Shown: positions 10,947 through 21,865 of the stretch, in pieces
How positions within the stretch are numbered: the first letter of the stretch is position 1
Layout of the letters: each line of letters starts with the position of its first letter
Assembly: GCA_030603365.1 (NCBI GenBank)
Contig: JAUVXV010000001.1
Span: 576,001-640,000, forward strand
Direction of reading: 5' to 3'
From: Candidatus Heimdallarchaeota archaeon
Lineage (GTDB): Archaea > Asgardarchaeota > Heimdallarchaeia > Heimdallarchaeales > Heimdallarchaeaceae
Length of the DNA stretch: 64,000 nt
Program-made: the position numbers and the translations under genes
The notes under the pieces: generated by a model
Database searches by the model: none
The model's input: the letters and a program-made list of their open reading frames with translations, nothing else
Told to the model about the DNA's origin: nothing

Positions 10947-11544
10947 AAACCCTTTCAATGAGGGAGAAGAATCTCAATCGGATTCAATGATCATCAATAT
11001 ACTTCCCCCTTCAATCTCTGATGAAGAAAAGGGACAACTTTTCAAAGAACTTACTACGATACTTTCAAGAAAATGGACAAAAGATAAAACTATTGTCTTT
11101 GGATGTTCAGAACTAGACTTACTTCTAGCTACAAGATTTGATGTTGCTACACTCAGGGAAGCACTAGACGAGTATAAACTATTCGTAAAAGTTATTGGTT
11201 TAGATTTAATAGACTATGATATAGAAGGTGAAAGATGGTATTGCTTGAAGTCAACATACTATGCACCTTCTGAACTGGAACAATCAGAGTTGATTATTCT
11301 TGGTTTAATTATAGCGATGATAGAAGATGAAAATCCCAAACCTATAACTACAGAGAAAATTAAGGAGAAATTAGTGATTCCTGGAAAGATGAAAGAATAT
11401 CTAGTCGAACAAAGCTTGAGAAATCTAGCAAAGTTGGGGTATATTCAGAGAAAAAACAATTCTTGGCAATACAATTATAGAACTCTTATAGAATATGGAT
11501 CTGAAGAAAGACAGAAGATTATAGAGGAGTTCAGGAACATTTGA
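10939..11544 (+). CDS. Kite (Nse1/Nse3/ScpB-like) tandem winged-helix protein
   Basis: EQSLRNLAKLGYIQRKNNSWQYNYRTLIEY resembles the second WH of Nse1; in SMC operon; ATG at 10939 preferred. Confidence 0.65.
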   Translation: MDENPFNEGEESQSDSMIINILPPSISDEEKGQLFKELTTILSRKWTKDKTIVFGCSELDLLLATRFDVATLREALDEYKLFVKVIGLDLIDYDIEGERWYCLKSTYYAPSELEQSELIILGLIIAMIEDENPKPITTEKIKEKLVIPGKMKEYLVEQSLRNLAKLGYIQRKNNSWQYNYRTLIEYGSEERQKIIEEFRNI

Positions 11545-11996
11545 AAGAACAAGAACTTATACAATGCTATATTCGTTGTACTTTCTGTAATGTTAAGGTT
11601 CCTCTTAAGGAAGCTGCCTTGGAAGGATGGGAAGTCTGTCAAAAATGTCAGCTTGTTTTTTGTGTAGAATGTAAAACCTCTGTAGATGAAAATTTGCACT
11701 GCCCTGGTTCTGTTTATACAACAGAACATAAAGCTGCTTTTCAACTATTACCTGTTGAGCAAATTCTTGAAACTGCTACCATGATGGAGCAACCAGTAAA
11801 GAAAGGTCAATATATTTCGAAAATCTTTTTTGATGATGAACGTAGAAAAATAGATCTATTAAGAAAAGAACAAAATAAGAAAGGTCCAATTGATTTTAGC
11901 ATCATCCGATTTAGGGAAGAGCAATGGAAAAAATTCGGTACTGTCCTAGTTAAGAGAAAAGATGGAAAGTTCCTTACTTGGGGTCAGATTGATTAA
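11541..11996 (+). CDS. RING/PHD-like zinc-finger protein
   Basis: CTFC-x16-CQKC-x4-CVEC-x9-CP...H; TTG start overlaps the Kite stop codon. Confidence 0.6.
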   Translation: MKEQELIQCYIRCTFCNVKVPLKEAALEGWEVCQKCQLVFCVECKTSVDENLHCPGSVYTTEHKAAFQLLPVEQILETATMMEQPVKKGQYISKIFFDDERRKIDLLRKEQNKKGPIDFSIIRFREEQWKKFGTVLVKRKDGKFLTWGQID

Positions 11997-12026
11997 ATGA
12001 AAAAGAAAGAAAAAGAAGAAGAGGAA

Positions 12027-14918
12027 TTATATTCCTGTTATAGCTTCTGCTCTTGAGCCCAGAATTACGTTAGTTATAAACAGACTAGTTATCTGTAATA
12101 GCATTAATAGCACACCCAAAGCACAGAATATCTGGAATTTTAATGGATTCCAAGCCATATACCAGGTAATTGTTCCTGCACGAGCACTAAGAATTAGGAA
12201 AATCGTAGTTGAAACTTCTGATAAACAATACAAGAAAGATACAAGAGAACCTGCAAATATATTAAGTGAAATTAGAGGTAATGTAATCTTCCTCATTGTA
12301 TTCATTCTTGAAGCGCCTAAATTGAAAGAAGCTTCTTCTAAAACTGGGTCAACTTGTTGTAATCCAGCATAAGCTGATCTTACCGTAAACGGTATTTTTC
12401 GAACCGTATAGCTCATAATTAACAGCGTTACAGCAACACCAACAAAAGGATCAAGATGCAAACCTGCGGCTAGGTTAGCCATCATTCTATTGAACCATGT
12501 AGGATTTCTTGAAGCGACACCACCCCAATCAAAAGTTCTGTAGAAACCAATAGCGAGTACTATTCCAGGAATTGCTATTGGTAACGTTACTAGTGCGTCT
12601 AGAAGATTCTTCCCTCTGAAATCTTTTCGACTTACAACATAGGCAGCTAAGGAACCTATGACTATTATTAACATCGTTGCTATTACACTATAAACAAGCG
12701 TGTTTATTACATAATTCGGTATATTATATCGCGAAGAAGTAAATACAAGTCCATAGTTTTCCAACGTGAACTTAATATCTGAGGGCTTCGTACCCCCTAA
12801 TGTTTCCATAATTGACATTAGGAAAACTCCTACATGAACAAGCAGTGAAAATGCAAATAATATGACTAAAAATGGGTAAATGAACAGTAATTTCCATTTT
12901 GCTTTGGATAATCTATATTGACCTGCTCTTCCTTTACTGACCATTGAATAAGTTTTCAAAGAAACATATTTTCTTATTGCGAAGAAACCAAGTATAGCTA
13001 TAATTAGAAGAATCCCTCCAAGTACACATACTTCTGGCGTAATTACTGCTGAACCCGCTTTTGTGAAATTCTCAAAAATATGATAAGGTAGAACTTTCTT
13101 AGCTGCATCATCTCCCATTGCAGCGAAGATAATCGGTGTACCTACATCTTCCATTGCAAGAATTAAGACAAGTATTGCACCTGCTCCAATGCCCGGCATT
13201 GCAAGCGGTAATGTTACCGATGAAAACAAACGTAATCTTCCTGCACCAAGGTTTTCTGCTGATTCTTCCATGCTAGGATCTATGTTAAGGAATGCAGAAA
13301 ATGCATTCAAGTATACAAGCGCATAGAAATGAGAAACTTGAACAAACACTATCGCAAATATACCTGAAAAGACAAGTTTACTTTCGTATACTGGTATAAG
13401 AAAGAAATTATTGAGAAAACCATTGGGACCTAGAATCAATCTGAATCCCATACCTGATATGAACGGAGGAATGATTAATGGTGCTAGAGCTAGAAGACTA
13501 ACTAATCTTTTACCAGGGAATTCATATCTGGCTAAGATGAAAGCTAAAGCAGTACCAAGAAGGACTGAGAAAATTGTTGTTAATATTCCAATTTTGATTG
13601 TGTTCAGAACAACTCCATGATCTTTTCCACTAAGCGTTATAACATAAATCATAATTGTATCTTCATATTCTCCAAGACTGTTTAATGTTAAAATTGATTG
13701 ACTATCCAGAACATTTAATCCATTTTTTGATTGTGCTAAATAAATTCTGTCATTATCAATGTCTAAAAGTACATCTTCAGTATTCTTTCCAATTTGGATG
13801 AAATTACTTATTTCAAACATGATTGAAGGGTCTGTTATATCAATCACTCTTATTCCATAATCAAAAGTAAACTCATTTGAGGTTACAATATATGCATAAT
13901 TATCATCAATAAATACATCGTCCGCTCTTGTACTAGCTGTTAAATTAAACCATCCCAACACACTGATATCTGATGGGTCAGAAATATCAAACGCAACAAA
14001 TCCATCGAGATCAGCAGCTATATATGCTACATCATCTACAATTTCAATACCTTGAGCATTTATCGATTCTGATGTTTCCGGATATAAAGAATATTTTTCT
14101 ATATGTATTGGATTGGATTTATTGGTTATATCAAAAACGTTGATTCCAGAATCATACCCAATAAGAAATGCATAATTGTCTTTTATCGCTATATCTTTAG
14201 AATCGATAATATCTAAGGCAGTATTAGTGTCTCTTGCAGTTCTTGATAGGACTATTGGGTATGTTGGGTCTGAAACATCAATAATAGCAAACCCTTCTCC
14301 ATTAATATCAAGGTAAACAGTATCATTTTGAACTAGTAGAAAATTTGTGTCATTTGCAAGTTTGTAAATCTCTGATACAGGTTTGAAAGATTCTTCTATG
14401 TCAGAAATATTGAAGATAAGTAATCCGCTTTCACCTGCTGCAGTGTATAACAAATCATCTTGTATATGTAAATCTTTGAAGTCGGCTAATTCATCATAAT
14501 ACTGTCTTATCTCCGTAATTGATTCTGGATTGGTAATATTCAATATTTCTATTCCTTGTTCTCTTTCAGCTATGTAAGCAACATTATTTGAAACAGCAAC
14601 AGCATCAGCTGGACCACCATAAGGTTCGTTACCCGCGGAATAAAAGGTAGTTTCATCCACTCCACCAAAATTGAAATAGATATCTTGAGTAAAAACATTA
14701 GCTATAGGAGTACCAGACCATTCCCCATTGAAGTAAATAGCTCCAGATAAAACTGAAAATAGAGGAACAACCATCCAGACGATGAAAACAAATCCTACGA
14801 GAACAATAATAAAGTTTGTAGAAGGTTCTCTTAATAGTTTTACATACAATAAGTCAATAATTGATCTTCTCTGTTTCCCTCGTTTTTTATCATCATTTTC
14901 TTTGTTTGATCTAGCCAT
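12027..14918 (-). CDS. Fe3+/thiamine-type ABC permease (two fused TM domains) with inserted LVIVD-repeat domain
   Basis: Two EAA motifs (EESAENLGA, EEASFNLGA); ~320 aa of AYIA...G..I.DI.DP LVIVD repeats after the first TM. Confidence 0.85.
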   Translation of the reverse strand: MARSNKENDDKKRGKQRRSIIDLLYVKLLREPSTNFIIVLVGFVFIVWMVVPLFSVLSGAIYFNGEWSGTPIANVFTQDIYFNFGGVDETTFYSAGNEPYGGPADAVAVSNNVAYIAEREQGIEILNITNPESITEIRQYYDELADFKDLHIQDDLLYTAAGESGLLIFNISDIEESFKPVSEIYKLANDTNFLLVQNDTVYLDINGEGFAIIDVSDPTYPIVLSRTARDTNTALDIIDSKDIAIKDNYAFLIGYDSGINVFDITNKSNPIHIEKYSLYPETSESINAQGIEIVDDVAYIAADLDGFVAFDISDPSDISVLGWFNLTASTRADDVFIDDNYAYIVTSNEFTFDYGIRVIDITDPSIMFEISNFIQIGKNTEDVLLDIDNDRIYLAQSKNGLNVLDSQSILTLNSLGEYEDTIMIYVITLSGKDHGVVLNTIKIGILTTIFSVLLGTALAFILARYEFPGKRLVSLLALAPLIIPPFISGMGFRLILGPNGFLNNFFLIPVYESKLVFSGIFAIVFVQVSHFYALVYLNAFSAFLNIDPSMEESAENLGAGRLRLFSSVTLPLAMPGIGAGAILVLILAMEDVGTPIIFAAMGDDAAKKVLPYHIFENFTKAGSAVITPEVCVLGGILLIIAILGFFAIRKYVSLKTYSMVSKGRAGQYRLSKAKWKLLFIYPFLVILFAFSLLVHVGVFLMSIMETLGGTKPSDIKFTLENYGLVFTSSRYNIPNYVINTLVYSVIATMLIIVIGSLAAYVVSRKDFRGKNLLDALVTLPIAIPGIVLAIGFYRTFDWGGVASRNPTWFNRMMANLAAGLHLDPFVGVAVTLLIMSYTVRKIPFTVRSAYAGLQQVDPVLEEASFNLGASRMNTMRKITLPLISLNIFAGSLVSFLYCLSEVSTTIFLILSARAGTITWYMAWNPLKFQIFCALGVLLMLLQITSLFITNVILGSRAEAITGI

Positions 14919-15060
14919 CTTTATTCTACCTGTATACTATGGGTGAGTTGTTAATCACTTAATGCTTTTTGAATTTTCTCCCTAACTTTTAAAAGTGCAT
15001 CATTAAAGTTGAAGAATTTTAGTAAAACTAATTATAAAAAAATAGAGAAGAAAAAGAAAA

Positions 15061-16569
15061 TTACTTTTTCTTTCTTTTATATATTAATATAATAGTTGCT
15101 ACAGTAAGTGTTGAGATCAATGCAGGTATGAAAGCAAAAGAACTGTCATCGGTTGGAACAGTAGGACACGGATCACCTAATGCACCAAGAATTACACAAT
15201 ACTGTGCACTAGCGTAGGTTCTCCATTCTGAATCTTTTTCCGATGCAAACGTTGGATCTGATTGATATTGTGTATTCCAATCAATTGACTCTTGTAACGT
15301 CATTCCAGGCACACCGAGTTGATCTTTTAATTCCACGAAATATGTGCCGTTGATTGTTGTATCACGAAATTGGGTTACCATTTCACCCCAAGTCTTTCTC
15401 AATAAACTATATTTTTGTTCAATAGTTTGGTGGAAGTAGTAAATTGTTGTGGCTAAGTTGCTAGTGGCAAGAGGTTCATCGAAGTCTATACCTATATTGG
15501 CTAGGGTTTCATTATAGAGGGCATATAATTCTACATGTGTGGAACCCTCTGGAGTTAGAAATGCCGAAGCATTAACAGGAAGACGATCAAGTCCTTCAGT
15601 CATCCAAGCAGTTTGACCCGCTGGTGAGAATAAATATTTCATGAAAGCTGCAGCTGCATCATAATGGTCTACATTGATTCCCAAAGCGATTGGGTCTCCA
15701 TTAACGATAGACTGTCCTTCTGGAATGATATACTCACAGCTAGGATTCTCTCTGTTAGCAATAACACCATAGAAATCTATAGTCATTGCAATACCTACTT
15801 CTCCACTTACAACAGCTGCTCTGGTATCAACAGATCCAGGATAAATACCTGCATTACCACCCATTCGAGTAAGTAGCTTCCATCCTTCTTCCCAACCAAA
15901 TGCTTGGAGAATGATTTGGTAGATTCTTGTGTTAGAGGTTGTTAAAGGTGGATCTCCCATACTGATTGCTTTCACACTATCACTTATGTAATAAGTTGGA
16001 CTAGCAAGTTCTTCCCAAGTTTGTGGAATAGGTAGGCCATATGTGGATAGGAAGTCATTATTGATTGTAAAACCAAAAGATGATATGGCATTAGCGGCCC
16101 AAATCATAGCACCTTCACCATCAAAACTCTTCATTCCTGCTCCTGCCAAAGTAGCAGGAACACTGTCATTAACAGCAGTAAATAACTCTGCATCAGTAAC
16201 TGGGTCTATATGGTATAAGAGGCCCCAATTTTCCATAGTGTTGAACAATGAAGGTCCTCCTCCCCATGCAAGATCAATGGATTTGGAGGGGTCTTCAAGA
16301 AGTTTCTTCCAACCATCATCTGTTGTGGCATATCTGAAATCTAGCTCAGTAATTCCCAAAGCGATTGCTTCAGGTGTTGCTAGAAATCTTGCTGTAAATT
16401 CATCTGTAATTGTTACATCGTGTCGAGTAACAATTGATAATGTTACATCGTTAAGCTTTGGATCAGGTGTTATAACCGAATCTTGTTCTGCAGTTGCGAT
16501 AAATACAGTACTACCTGCTATCAATGTAACAAGCATTAAAACTATTATAGCTTTTCTTTTTATTTTCAT
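15061..16569 (-). CDS. ABC substrate-binding protein (Fe3+/thiamine family), C-terminally anchored
   Basis: DLAWGGG, PQTWEEL, DPPLTTS, IDFYG, SPAGQ motifs; signal peptide; TM + KRKKK. Confidence 0.85.
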   Translation of the reverse strand: MKIKRKAIIVLMLVTLIAGSTVFIATAEQDSVITPDPKLNDVTLSIVTRHDVTITDEFTARFLATPEAIALGITELDFRYATTDDGWKKLLEDPSKSIDLAWGGGPSLFNTMENWGLLYHIDPVTDAELFTAVNDSVPATLAGAGMKSFDGEGAMIWAANAISSFGFTINNDFLSTYGLPIPQTWEELASPTYYISDSVKAISMGDPPLTTSNTRIYQIILQAFGWEEGWKLLTRMGGNAGIYPGSVDTRAAVVSGEVGIAMTIDFYGVIANRENPSCEYIIPEGQSIVNGDPIALGINVDHYDAAAAFMKYLFSPAGQTAWMTEGLDRLPVNASAFLTPEGSTHVELYALYNETLANIGIDFDEPLATSNLATTIYYFHQTIEQKYSLLRKTWGEMVTQFRDTTINGTYFVELKDQLGVPGMTLQESIDWNTQYQSDPTFASEKDSEWRTYASAQYCVILGALGDPCPTVPTDDSSFAFIPALISTLTVATIILIYKRKKK

Positions 16570-16809
16570 TTTCTAATCAACCTTCTTATTGATATCCAAT
16601 GAATATCAAAATACAATCTAGTTTTCCCGCTATAAAGTTTTTGCACCCACGACAAAAAACCCGTTTATTCAAAAAAACAATTATGAGTATAAACAAAGTA
16701 TGATAATTTCATCTAATTTGATTATTTTATCTGTGAAAATAGATTAAAACATATGATGTTACATAACAAAATTCAATAATATGTTCTAAAATTATTACTT
16801 AAAGTTGAA

Positions 16810-18372
16810 ATGAGTGAATATGATATGAAACAAAAAATACTAACATTTGTTATTTTGATAACTTTGTTTTCCTCTATTCAAGGATTTAATGCTATTTCTT
16901 ATACTAACCAAGAAACTAGTGATTTCATAATAATCAATGATTTCGTTATACCATACTTTGAAAATGTTGTTTTTATTACATGGGATGGAACAAATTACAA
17001 AGTTCTAGAGGATATGATGGATGATGGAAGACTCGTTAATACAAATAAAGTAGATCAAACTGGTTATAGACAAACTATTAGAATCACTTCCCATTTAACA
17101 AGTACCAATCCCGGTTTAGCTTGCATGGAAACTGGTTATGGACCCGATATAAATCTTATACCTTACAATATGTTTGGACCTGGAACTATCAAACAATCAA
17201 TTCCTGATAACTTGACTATTGCTGAACGATTGAAAGAATCATTTGGAGATGACGTTACAACCATGTTCGTTTATTCATGGCAAACTGCTGAAATGGATAT
17301 GACCTATATCAATCAGGACCCCATGATTGATCCCATTTATAATAATATGAAAGAAGAAATAGATTTGTACTTCGCATCTGAGAACATTTCTTGGACTCCA
17401 GATGACCCCGATGCTCAAGCTGCAAATTTCCATGGATTCAGTGAGGAACTTCAGCTATATGTTTCTCCAGTCATGAAAGCAGATTATTTGGGAAATGTAG
17501 CTGTAGATTTTCTCAAAAATGTTACTACAGATAGATTCTTTTTGCGTGTTCATTTCACAGAACCAGATCAAGCAGGACATGGTTATGGAGTAACTGACAC
17601 ACTAACTGGAGAATACACTGAAGGGTATGTGCAGTCATTGATAGATTGTGACATAGCAACAGGAACCATTTTAGATCAGCTAGAAAGCATGGGTGTCTTA
17701 GACGAAACCTTGGTAATAATCGGTGCTGATCATGGTATGTATGATCATGGTCATGATGGCGGTATATGGCCTTCCAATACTGATGAAATAACAACAAATA
17801 CCTTCATTTTCAGTAATGATTCAGTAGAACATCCACTAGGTGTGCCTGTTTATCAAAGGGATATTGCTCCAACTATTCTTGCATCTATGGGTGTTGATCT
17901 TTTATCAGTTAGTCCTCTCTATATAAGAGATGCTCAAACTGGAGTACCTTTCTGGGAATTGTATGAAACAACAAAACCAAAACTCTATGAAACCTATTAT
18001 CAAACAGCTGGAAACATCTATCAACTAATTAATGAAAATGCAACCATAAATGGTGTATTTAACATAAGTATGGTTATTTTTGACTGGTGTGACGACTTAA
18101 CAGGTGTTCTAGACGTAGGTGATTTAGAGTTTAACTCAATTGCATCATCCTGGTCAAGAGTTATCTGGAGAAATATAGATTTAACGGCTCTAGAAGGTGG
18201 TCCAATAAAATTGAATTTCACGGTCACGGATACTTTTGGAAATAGTGAAATCAAACAATTAGATACCAACATTAATGTAGCTGATGATACTCCAATTTCA
18301 GTTTGGTTTTCTATTTTGGCTATTCTTGCTATTGGAACTGCAGCTTACTTGAAAAAGAAAAATAAATTCTAA
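16810..18372 (+). CDS. Alkaline phosphatase/phosphodiesterase superfamily surface enzyme
   Basis: ITWDG, TSTNPG, EPDQAGH, GADHG metal ligands; C-terminal anchor. Confidence 0.75.
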   Translation: MSEYDMKQKILTFVILITLFSSIQGFNAISYTNQETSDFIIINDFVIPYFENVVFITWDGTNYKVLEDMMDDGRLVNTNKVDQTGYRQTIRITSHLTSTNPGLACMETGYGPDINLIPYNMFGPGTIKQSIPDNLTIAERLKESFGDDVTTMFVYSWQTAEMDMTYINQDPMIDPIYNNMKEEIDLYFASENISWTPDDPDAQAANFHGFSEELQLYVSPVMKADYLGNVAVDFLKNVTTDRFFLRVHFTEPDQAGHGYGVTDTLTGEYTEGYVQSLIDCDIATGTILDQLESMGVLDETLVIIGADHGMYDHGHDGGIWPSNTDEITTNTFIFSNDSVEHPLGVPVYQRDIAPTILASMGVDLLSVSPLYIRDAQTGVPFWELYETTKPKLYETYYQTAGNIYQLINENATINGVFNISMVIFDWCDDLTGVLDVGDLEFNSIASSWSRVIWRNIDLTALEGGPIKLNFTVTDTFGNSEIKQLDTNINVADDTPISVWFSILAILAIGTAAYLKKKNKF

Positions 18373-18392
18373 TCTCTTTTTTTCTTTCTTTT

Positions 18393-19997
18393 TTATTGAA
18401 AACTTATTTTCTTTTGTTCATACCCAATTTTATTGCCATTTTCATCTTGGAAAATAAAATCAATAAAAGTAGGTCCAAGAAAGTTTGTTGCAGGAATCTC
18501 AATCATCAAAGGTTCGTGGGAATTAGGTGTTATTTGTAAAGGATAGAGGTGACTCGTATATAATCCGCCTCTAACAAAAGAAACACGGAGTGTTCCAATA
18601 ATTGTTTCATCATTTCGATTATAGAGATGAACTGGAATGCTGAATGGTTTATGAACAGGGGCAGTTTTGGGTGCTGTAACTCTAATCTCAATTTCTTTAT
18701 CCTGCTGTTCTAAATCTAGACTGGGTAATGAATACTTCATATTTATATTCTCAAAGAATGTTCCCTTTATCTGCTCTACTTCTTCTTTTGTTGGGCCATT
18801 ACTATGTTCTTTTATTGGTTGCTTATCCCAAATTACTTGTTTATGCGAGTGTATTGCAACTTTGTTAGTATTCATATCATCATAACTGTAACGAATTTCT
18901 CTGATATTAGTGTCACCCAATGTATTTCCTCTCTGAAAAATAATACAACTAGGATTTCTGTAAAGGTATCTGAAATCATGCTGTAGAGTTGGATCTATCG
19001 GTATCCAAATGCCATTTGAAAAGAATTCTGCTTGCGCATGATAAACCCAACCTTCAAATTCGCTTAGAACAATACTTGTTGTCATTCTTGCTGGTACTGA
19101 AGCTGCTCTACATAAACTGACAAATAAGGAGGCAAATTCTGTACAATCGCCAATATTATTTTCAATTGCAAAACCTGCTCCATAATCTCCATCTTGAGGA
19201 ACATATTTGATGTTATCTTTTACATACTTCAAAAAAGAAAGGACTTTGTTTAACGGAGTATGAGAGCTGTATTTTCTTGCAATTGATTTAATTTTCTCAT
19301 GATTTGATTCTATAAATGGTTCTGATTGTACATAGTTTCTATAAGTTTCAGGGTAGTATTTGGCAATGTCTTTTTCTTCTCCTCTTATCCGAGTTATGTC
19401 ATAAGAAACCAAACGAGTAATTAGGGAAGACTTATACGCAACAGTTATCTTTTCTTTTGGATTAATTTGATGGAAATAATATCTTAACCATCTATTTCCG
19501 TCTCGATCTGTAACAAGTTTAGAAGGTTTGTAATTGCAGTCAACTTCTGTTATATGTTGAATAGGAGAAATATTCGGGGGGAGGGCAATATCAACAACGA
19601 AATTATTTATGGGAAAATTATTAGGGTTAGAAATCTGAACACCATAATAAAGTATCCACCTGTATATCAAGTGATTGCTTGTTCGTATATTGATTTTCTC
19701 TCTAAGTTTAAAATCTCCATCTATTTGTAGAACATATGTACCTGAATAAAGATCAGGCGTTATAGGAAAAGAGTAAATCCTTTTCAAACCCGTATCGTCT
19801 AATCGAACTTGATCTGAATCAACGATTGTACCGATTGGAGAGATAAACAGAATGTGCAATTTTTGATTCCTTTTTGTTTGTACAAATGGAATATCATCCT
19901 TCTTACCTGAAATTAAAATAGTGTCCCCTACTTCAGCAGGTTTGTTTAAGGAAATTGATTGATTTTTGTTCTGTTTTACATGAAATACTTCGATCAT
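18393..19997 (-). CDS. Transglutaminase-like domain protein
   Basis: GDCTEFASLFVSLCRA, YHAQAE, WIPIDPT (Cys-His-Asp triad). Confidence 0.85.
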   Translation of the reverse strand: MIEVFHVKQNKNQSISLNKPAEVGDTILISGKKDDIPFVQTKRNQKLHILFISPIGTIVDSDQVRLDDTGLKRIYSFPITPDLYSGTYVLQIDGDFKLREKINIRTSNHLIYRWILYYGVQISNPNNFPINNFVVDIALPPNISPIQHITEVDCNYKPSKLVTDRDGNRWLRYYFHQINPKEKITVAYKSSLITRLVSYDITRIRGEEKDIAKYYPETYRNYVQSEPFIESNHEKIKSIARKYSSHTPLNKVLSFLKYVKDNIKYVPQDGDYGAGFAIENNIGDCTEFASLFVSLCRAASVPARMTTSIVLSEFEGWVYHAQAEFFSNGIWIPIDPTLQHDFRYLYRNPSCIIFQRGNTLGDTNIREIRYSYDDMNTNKVAIHSHKQVIWDKQPIKEHSNGPTKEEVEQIKGTFFENINMKYSLPSLDLEQQDKEIEIRVTAPKTAPVHKPFSIPVHLYNRNDETIIGTLRVSFVRGGLYTSHLYPLQITPNSHEPLMIEIPATNFLGPTFIDFIFQDENGNKIGYEQKKISFQ

Positions 19998-20297
19998 TTG
20001 TCTGACACTAGTTTGTAATGCTCAGTAAGCTATGAAGTACTGTACTTCCGTAGTTCCTCCTTATATTTCATTACTAAAATTTTCAATATAAATTTACGTA
20101 ATATTGTCGGAGTGTTAAACTGCAAATGTGCGGTCTTTTCACTATTCATTCCAATTATTAAAATAGATTCACCCTTATTTTATATTGTTGATTTTAAGGT
20201 ATTTTTGTCGGTATATGCTTTTCAATCCTTTAATCAGAAAAGTTTAATTAGGAGAAGTTTCTCTTATTTACTGCACACATGTGCACGGTGAAATAAA

Positions 20298-21329
20298 ATG
20301 AACAGAAAATATATTTTCAGTTTAATTCTAATTGTGGGAATGATTGCCGGCATGACTACAACACATGCAGTCGTAACCGAAATAGAATTTAGTGGCGTTG
20401 TCATAGCCTTTGATATCTATCATGGTGGTTACCACGCTAACGATGTTGACAATCTCTTTGCTAATCTAACCGCAGCTGGAAACACAGTTACATATATTAA
20501 TCAGACTTGGGGACTTCCCGCAGATCTTGATGTATTATTCCTAACTGAAGCAGATTCTGGTGCAAACTGGACAGATGCTGAAGTAGCAGATATTGCTGCT
20601 TGGATGGCACTTGGAAGCAAATTGCTCTGGGTAGCTGGTGATTCTGATTATGCAGGAATATTTGATCCAGTTCCAATTAACAACGTGTTAAATGCAACAG
20701 GAGCTATTGTAAGACTAGATGGTTCATCAATTTCTGATCCTGTCTTCAATGACGGTGCTTCATACAGAGTAGCTGCACCATACTTTGGTTATGGTGATCC
20801 TCTTTATGATACATATCCAGTTTTGAACGCATCACAAGATTGTACAGCAGGTGCTATCTTCCATGGTCCTGGTGCAATTATTGCATGGAATGGATATGAA
20901 TACAGAGATTTGCGATATGGTAAATCTGTCTTCCCAGAAAGAGTCTGGGTATTAATGAGATACAGTGAAAATGCTACTGCTGATGATGCAGATACAAGCG
21001 ATGACTATTTAGGTCTAGATTTGTATTCTAATTCAACTACAGAAGGAAACTATCCAGCATTGGTTTATGAACACTTAATAAACATAGACAGTCACATCAT
21101 TGCAGGTGGAGAAGCAATCTATTCAGACTACAAATACATGTATAACCAGGAAACAGAAGTTGGAATATACAATAACGGAACCACATTTGGTCAAGTTATT
21201 GTCAATAATATTCTAAATTGGTTACTACCACTACCTGAAGTAGTCCCAGACGATACAAGCGCTTCAATTGCTCTAATACCTTTGGCATTCATTGGTGTTA
21301 TCTACGCAATTTCCCGCAAAAGAAAGTAA
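20298..21329 (+). CDS. Secreted, membrane-anchored protein (GldG/DUF4350-like, glutamine-amidotransferase-like fold)
   Basis: AFDIYHG, DVLFL, W...G..LWVAGDSD pattern; signal peptide; TM + RKRK. Confidence 0.5.
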   Translation: MNRKYIFSLILIVGMIAGMTTTHAVVTEIEFSGVVIAFDIYHGGYHANDVDNLFANLTAAGNTVTYINQTWGLPADLDVLFLTEADSGANWTDAEVADIAAWMALGSKLLWVAGDSDYAGIFDPVPINNVLNATGAIVRLDGSSISDPVFNDGASYRVAAPYFGYGDPLYDTYPVLNASQDCTAGAIFHGPGAIIAWNGYEYRDLRYGKSVFPERVWVLMRYSENATADDADTSDDYLGLDLYSNSTTEGNYPALVYEHLINIDSHIIAGGEAIYSDYKYMYNQETEVGIYNNGTTFGQVIVNNILNWLLPLPEVVPDDTSASIALIPLAFIGVIYAISRKRK

Positions 21330-21451
21330 TTAAACTAATTTTCTTTTTTTCTTTCTTTTTTTTATTTGTTTTAAAAATCTCACACTAGATTCTAACTAAA
21401 CCTTAAATATGGTAGGTATCCTTATTTTCTGCAAAAAGAACGTGGTATCTG

Positions 21452-21865
21452 ATGGTTCTAATTTGGGGATATACCTCTACAAACACCTTAGAAAAGAATA
21501 AAGAGATAGGAAGGGGAGTTCAAGAAGTTAAACAGTTGTTCTCTGCTTTATTGTTTCAAACTGGAATCAAAGGGGTTTGTGTAAATATAGCAGCATTCCA
21601 TGAAAATACAACTGCAAGAATTAGTTTGTATATTGACTCAGAAAAAGTGTTTGAAACAGATTTTTCACCTGAAGAAGCTAGAGAGTACATCTTTGAATTA
21701 GAGAACAAAGTTCATCCTGTATTAAAAATTGAAGTTGCTCTCCAAGTTATAGAAGGTTTAGTGGAAGTACCCTTATCCTCAATTGGAATTGGTATGGGTT
21801 TTCAAAGGACAAATGAAGATTTCCTCCCCACAAATCACTTAGCTCTGGGATTAATTCTTCCTTAG
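21452..21865 (+). CDS. Hypothetical protein
   Basis: 137-aa ORF with upstream TATA-like ttaaata. Confidence 0.5.
   Translation: MVLIWGYTSTNTLEKNKEIGRGVQEVKQLFSALLFQTGIKGVCVNIAAFHENTTARISLYIDSEKVFETDFSPEEAREYIFELENKVHPVLKIEVALQVIEGLVEVPLSSIGIGMGFQRTNEDFLPTNHLALGLILP

Noticed and set aside
11530-11550. Programmed -1 frameshift fusing Kite and RING genes
   Set aside because: Frames would allow it, but there is no canonical slippery heptamer; the TTGA overlap is ordinary translational coupling
7180-11996. Wadjet/MksBEFG defence system or Rad50-Mre11
   Set aside because: No JetD/MksG Toprim nuclease, gene order differs, globular hinge rather than a CxxC zinc hook, and no Mre11
20272-20285. Palindrome tgcaca-ca-tgtgca upstream of 20298
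   Set aside because: Could be an operator, but it is a single short instance with no second copy noticed
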